Of a stretch of 64,000 bases of DNA, positions 62,146-64,000 are shown piece after piece. The first letter of the stretch is position 1, and each line of letters starts with the position of its first letter. Source of the stretch: Lytechinus pictus. Its lineage: Eukaryota. The notes beneath the pieces are model-generated. The model was not told the origin of the DNA, made no database searches, and was given only the letters and a program-made list of their open reading frames with translations. The translations under genes were made by a program, and so were the position numbers. The stretch spans positions 20,274,001-20,338,000 of the forward strand of contig NC_087257.1 of assembly GCF_037042905.1 (NCBI RefSeq), given 5' to 3'.

Positions 62146-64000
62146 ATTGTCTCATACACAAGTAAAGATCTCTTTTTTTTGTGCTTGTTAAAGTTTCCTG
62201 GGAAAATGTGCCCCCCCCCCCTTGAGAAATCCAGGATCCGTCCCTGGACAATCATATGCCAGTGGGTGAATTCTAGACATTATTTTGGGCAAGTTTTTGA
62301 TCAGTAAATAAATAAACACAGATAAAAAGTGATCACAGGACAAACTTAATTTAAAAAAATATAATTAACTTTAAAAATGGATATGCCTAGCCCTATGAAA
62401 GGATCTCAGATTATTCTCCCGCACTAATGCAGTTTCACACCAGCCAACTTCGAGCAAAATTTTCCACCAGAAATTGTCTACACACATTTTGAGGTCAATA
62501 CACAGTATGCCCACCATTTTTCCAAACATCACGATCGGGAACGGCGGTATTTTGGCTCCATTCCCGATGTTATCGTAATGGTGGGAGCCATGCCGGGGTG
62601 GAATTCAGAGACCAGTGAGTTGGGGGGATTTTCCCCAGGCCAAGCCGGTCCGGGTTGAGAGCCAAAACAGCGAAGATCAGAAGCTGTTATGTCTCCGAAA
62701 AATACCAAATAAATACCAAGATAATGTGACCATTTACCACTATTCATGAACCAAGCTCATCTATTTTCTCGAATAATCTAACTTAATTTATCCTTTACAT
62801 GAATTTCAGCCACTTTGAGCAGTGGAAACAGCATTATTTTAGCTTTGATCTCGACGTCTTAGTTAAAATTCTTAGTCAGATTTTGCCAAACGAACGCAGA
62901 GGGCAGCAACACTGTTGACTTCGTGTTTGCGCGTTGTAATCGCTAACTTCAGCAAATATCCAAATAAATATACGGTGGAGTGAGACCCTAAATCTGATAA
63001 CTCGATTGATGAAATCATGGTGGAAGCCGGAATAAAGATGTTCCTGATGCTCAGTTAATTGATTCAGACAAATATTTAGGTTAAATTAGTTCGCTAACAT
63101 CGCAGGGTACGAAAGTGCATTAGGGATTAGCTGGGCCAGGTTTTTCTTAGGGCTGCAGCAGCGGTGTTGAGCGGTGGCTCCGAGTTCCGGGCCTATCCAG
63201 GACCCATAATTTTTTTGCTAAACCTTCCGGTCCGGGCTCAAGCCAGGTTATCTTTGCGGGCCCCAACATTAAACATTACGTTATCGTTCAAATTCTCAGT
63301 CAGACATCACTTTGCTTGGCTTTGCCATTATTTATAAGGACTGAAGTTAGCGACCAAAAGATTTGCCTGCGGCAGTTTGCATGATTTGGTTACGAACTTC
63401 AGTCCATATCAAAATTACGGCAAAGCAACGCATGAGGATTCGAACAATGACGTAGAGATCGAAGCCGATATACAGCTGTTCCCGATATTCGGAAAAGCGG
63501 TGTGCATATGGACATTCAAATGCAATTCAGACTTGATATGACATTTGAGAACAACATTTGGTGGTGAATTTTGCTCGAAGTTGGTCGGTGCGAAATTAGC
63601 GCCCAATCCCACGGAAAAATCCCAAGGAAAAAATTCAGAAATTGTGATTTTAGTCAGCTGGCATGGCTGAGTTCAGATTAGTATAGGCCCTTTTTGGGGG
63701 GGATACATTTACATATACTATGTAAACTACGAATTTTGTTTACAAACGTCAAAAACTATGCCAATTTTTATATTTGAACAAATTATATCGTATTCATATG
63801 TAATAAATATTCTAAAAAACCTTAGGCCTAACTAAGAAGAAAATATCACATAACTCACTAATACCAAAATCCCGCCATGTTTTCAGAACACTTCTTGATT
63901 TATCATGGAATATTTCTCTGCCTCAATTTCTAAAATATGTTAATTCCAAACAGTTGTAGGTTTTCTCTGAATAATTATTGCAGTCTCTCTAGAAAAATTG

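Overview
Eukaryotic, AT-rich, intron-containing genomic DNA, most likely an echinoderm (sea urchin), judged from the echinoidin-like lectins and repeat types; the species cannot be fixed from sequence alone. I assembled five complete spliced genes by hand with phase-consistent GT-AG junctions. They are two tandem secreted echinoidin-like C-type lectins (+, 8310-14568 and 18159-20760), two head-to-head CYP2-clan cytochrome P450 paralogues (-, 31849-27120; +, 35514-43956) and an SDR9C-type retinol/hydroxysteroid dehydrogenase (-, 56366-48312). Most of the rest is non-autonomous DNA transposons (hAT, Tc1/mariner, Harbinger, Kolobok-like, EnSpm-like), SINEs, LINE remnants and satellites; most ORFs in the supplied track are spurious. 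Highlights: (1) a minimal Penelope-type hammerhead ribozyme motif in sense orientation 0.6-0.7 kb downstream of each P450 stop codon, one overlapping the first AATAAA; (2) a hAT element inserted exactly at a lectin splice donor that rebuilds a good donor from its own TIR; (3) a sharp ~196-bp gene-conversion-like tract between the inverted P450s; (4) a 4.76-kb foldback element with RFX X-box arrays in a P450 intron; (5) a fragmented Kolobok/Mutator-like transposase relic. None of this was checked against databases.
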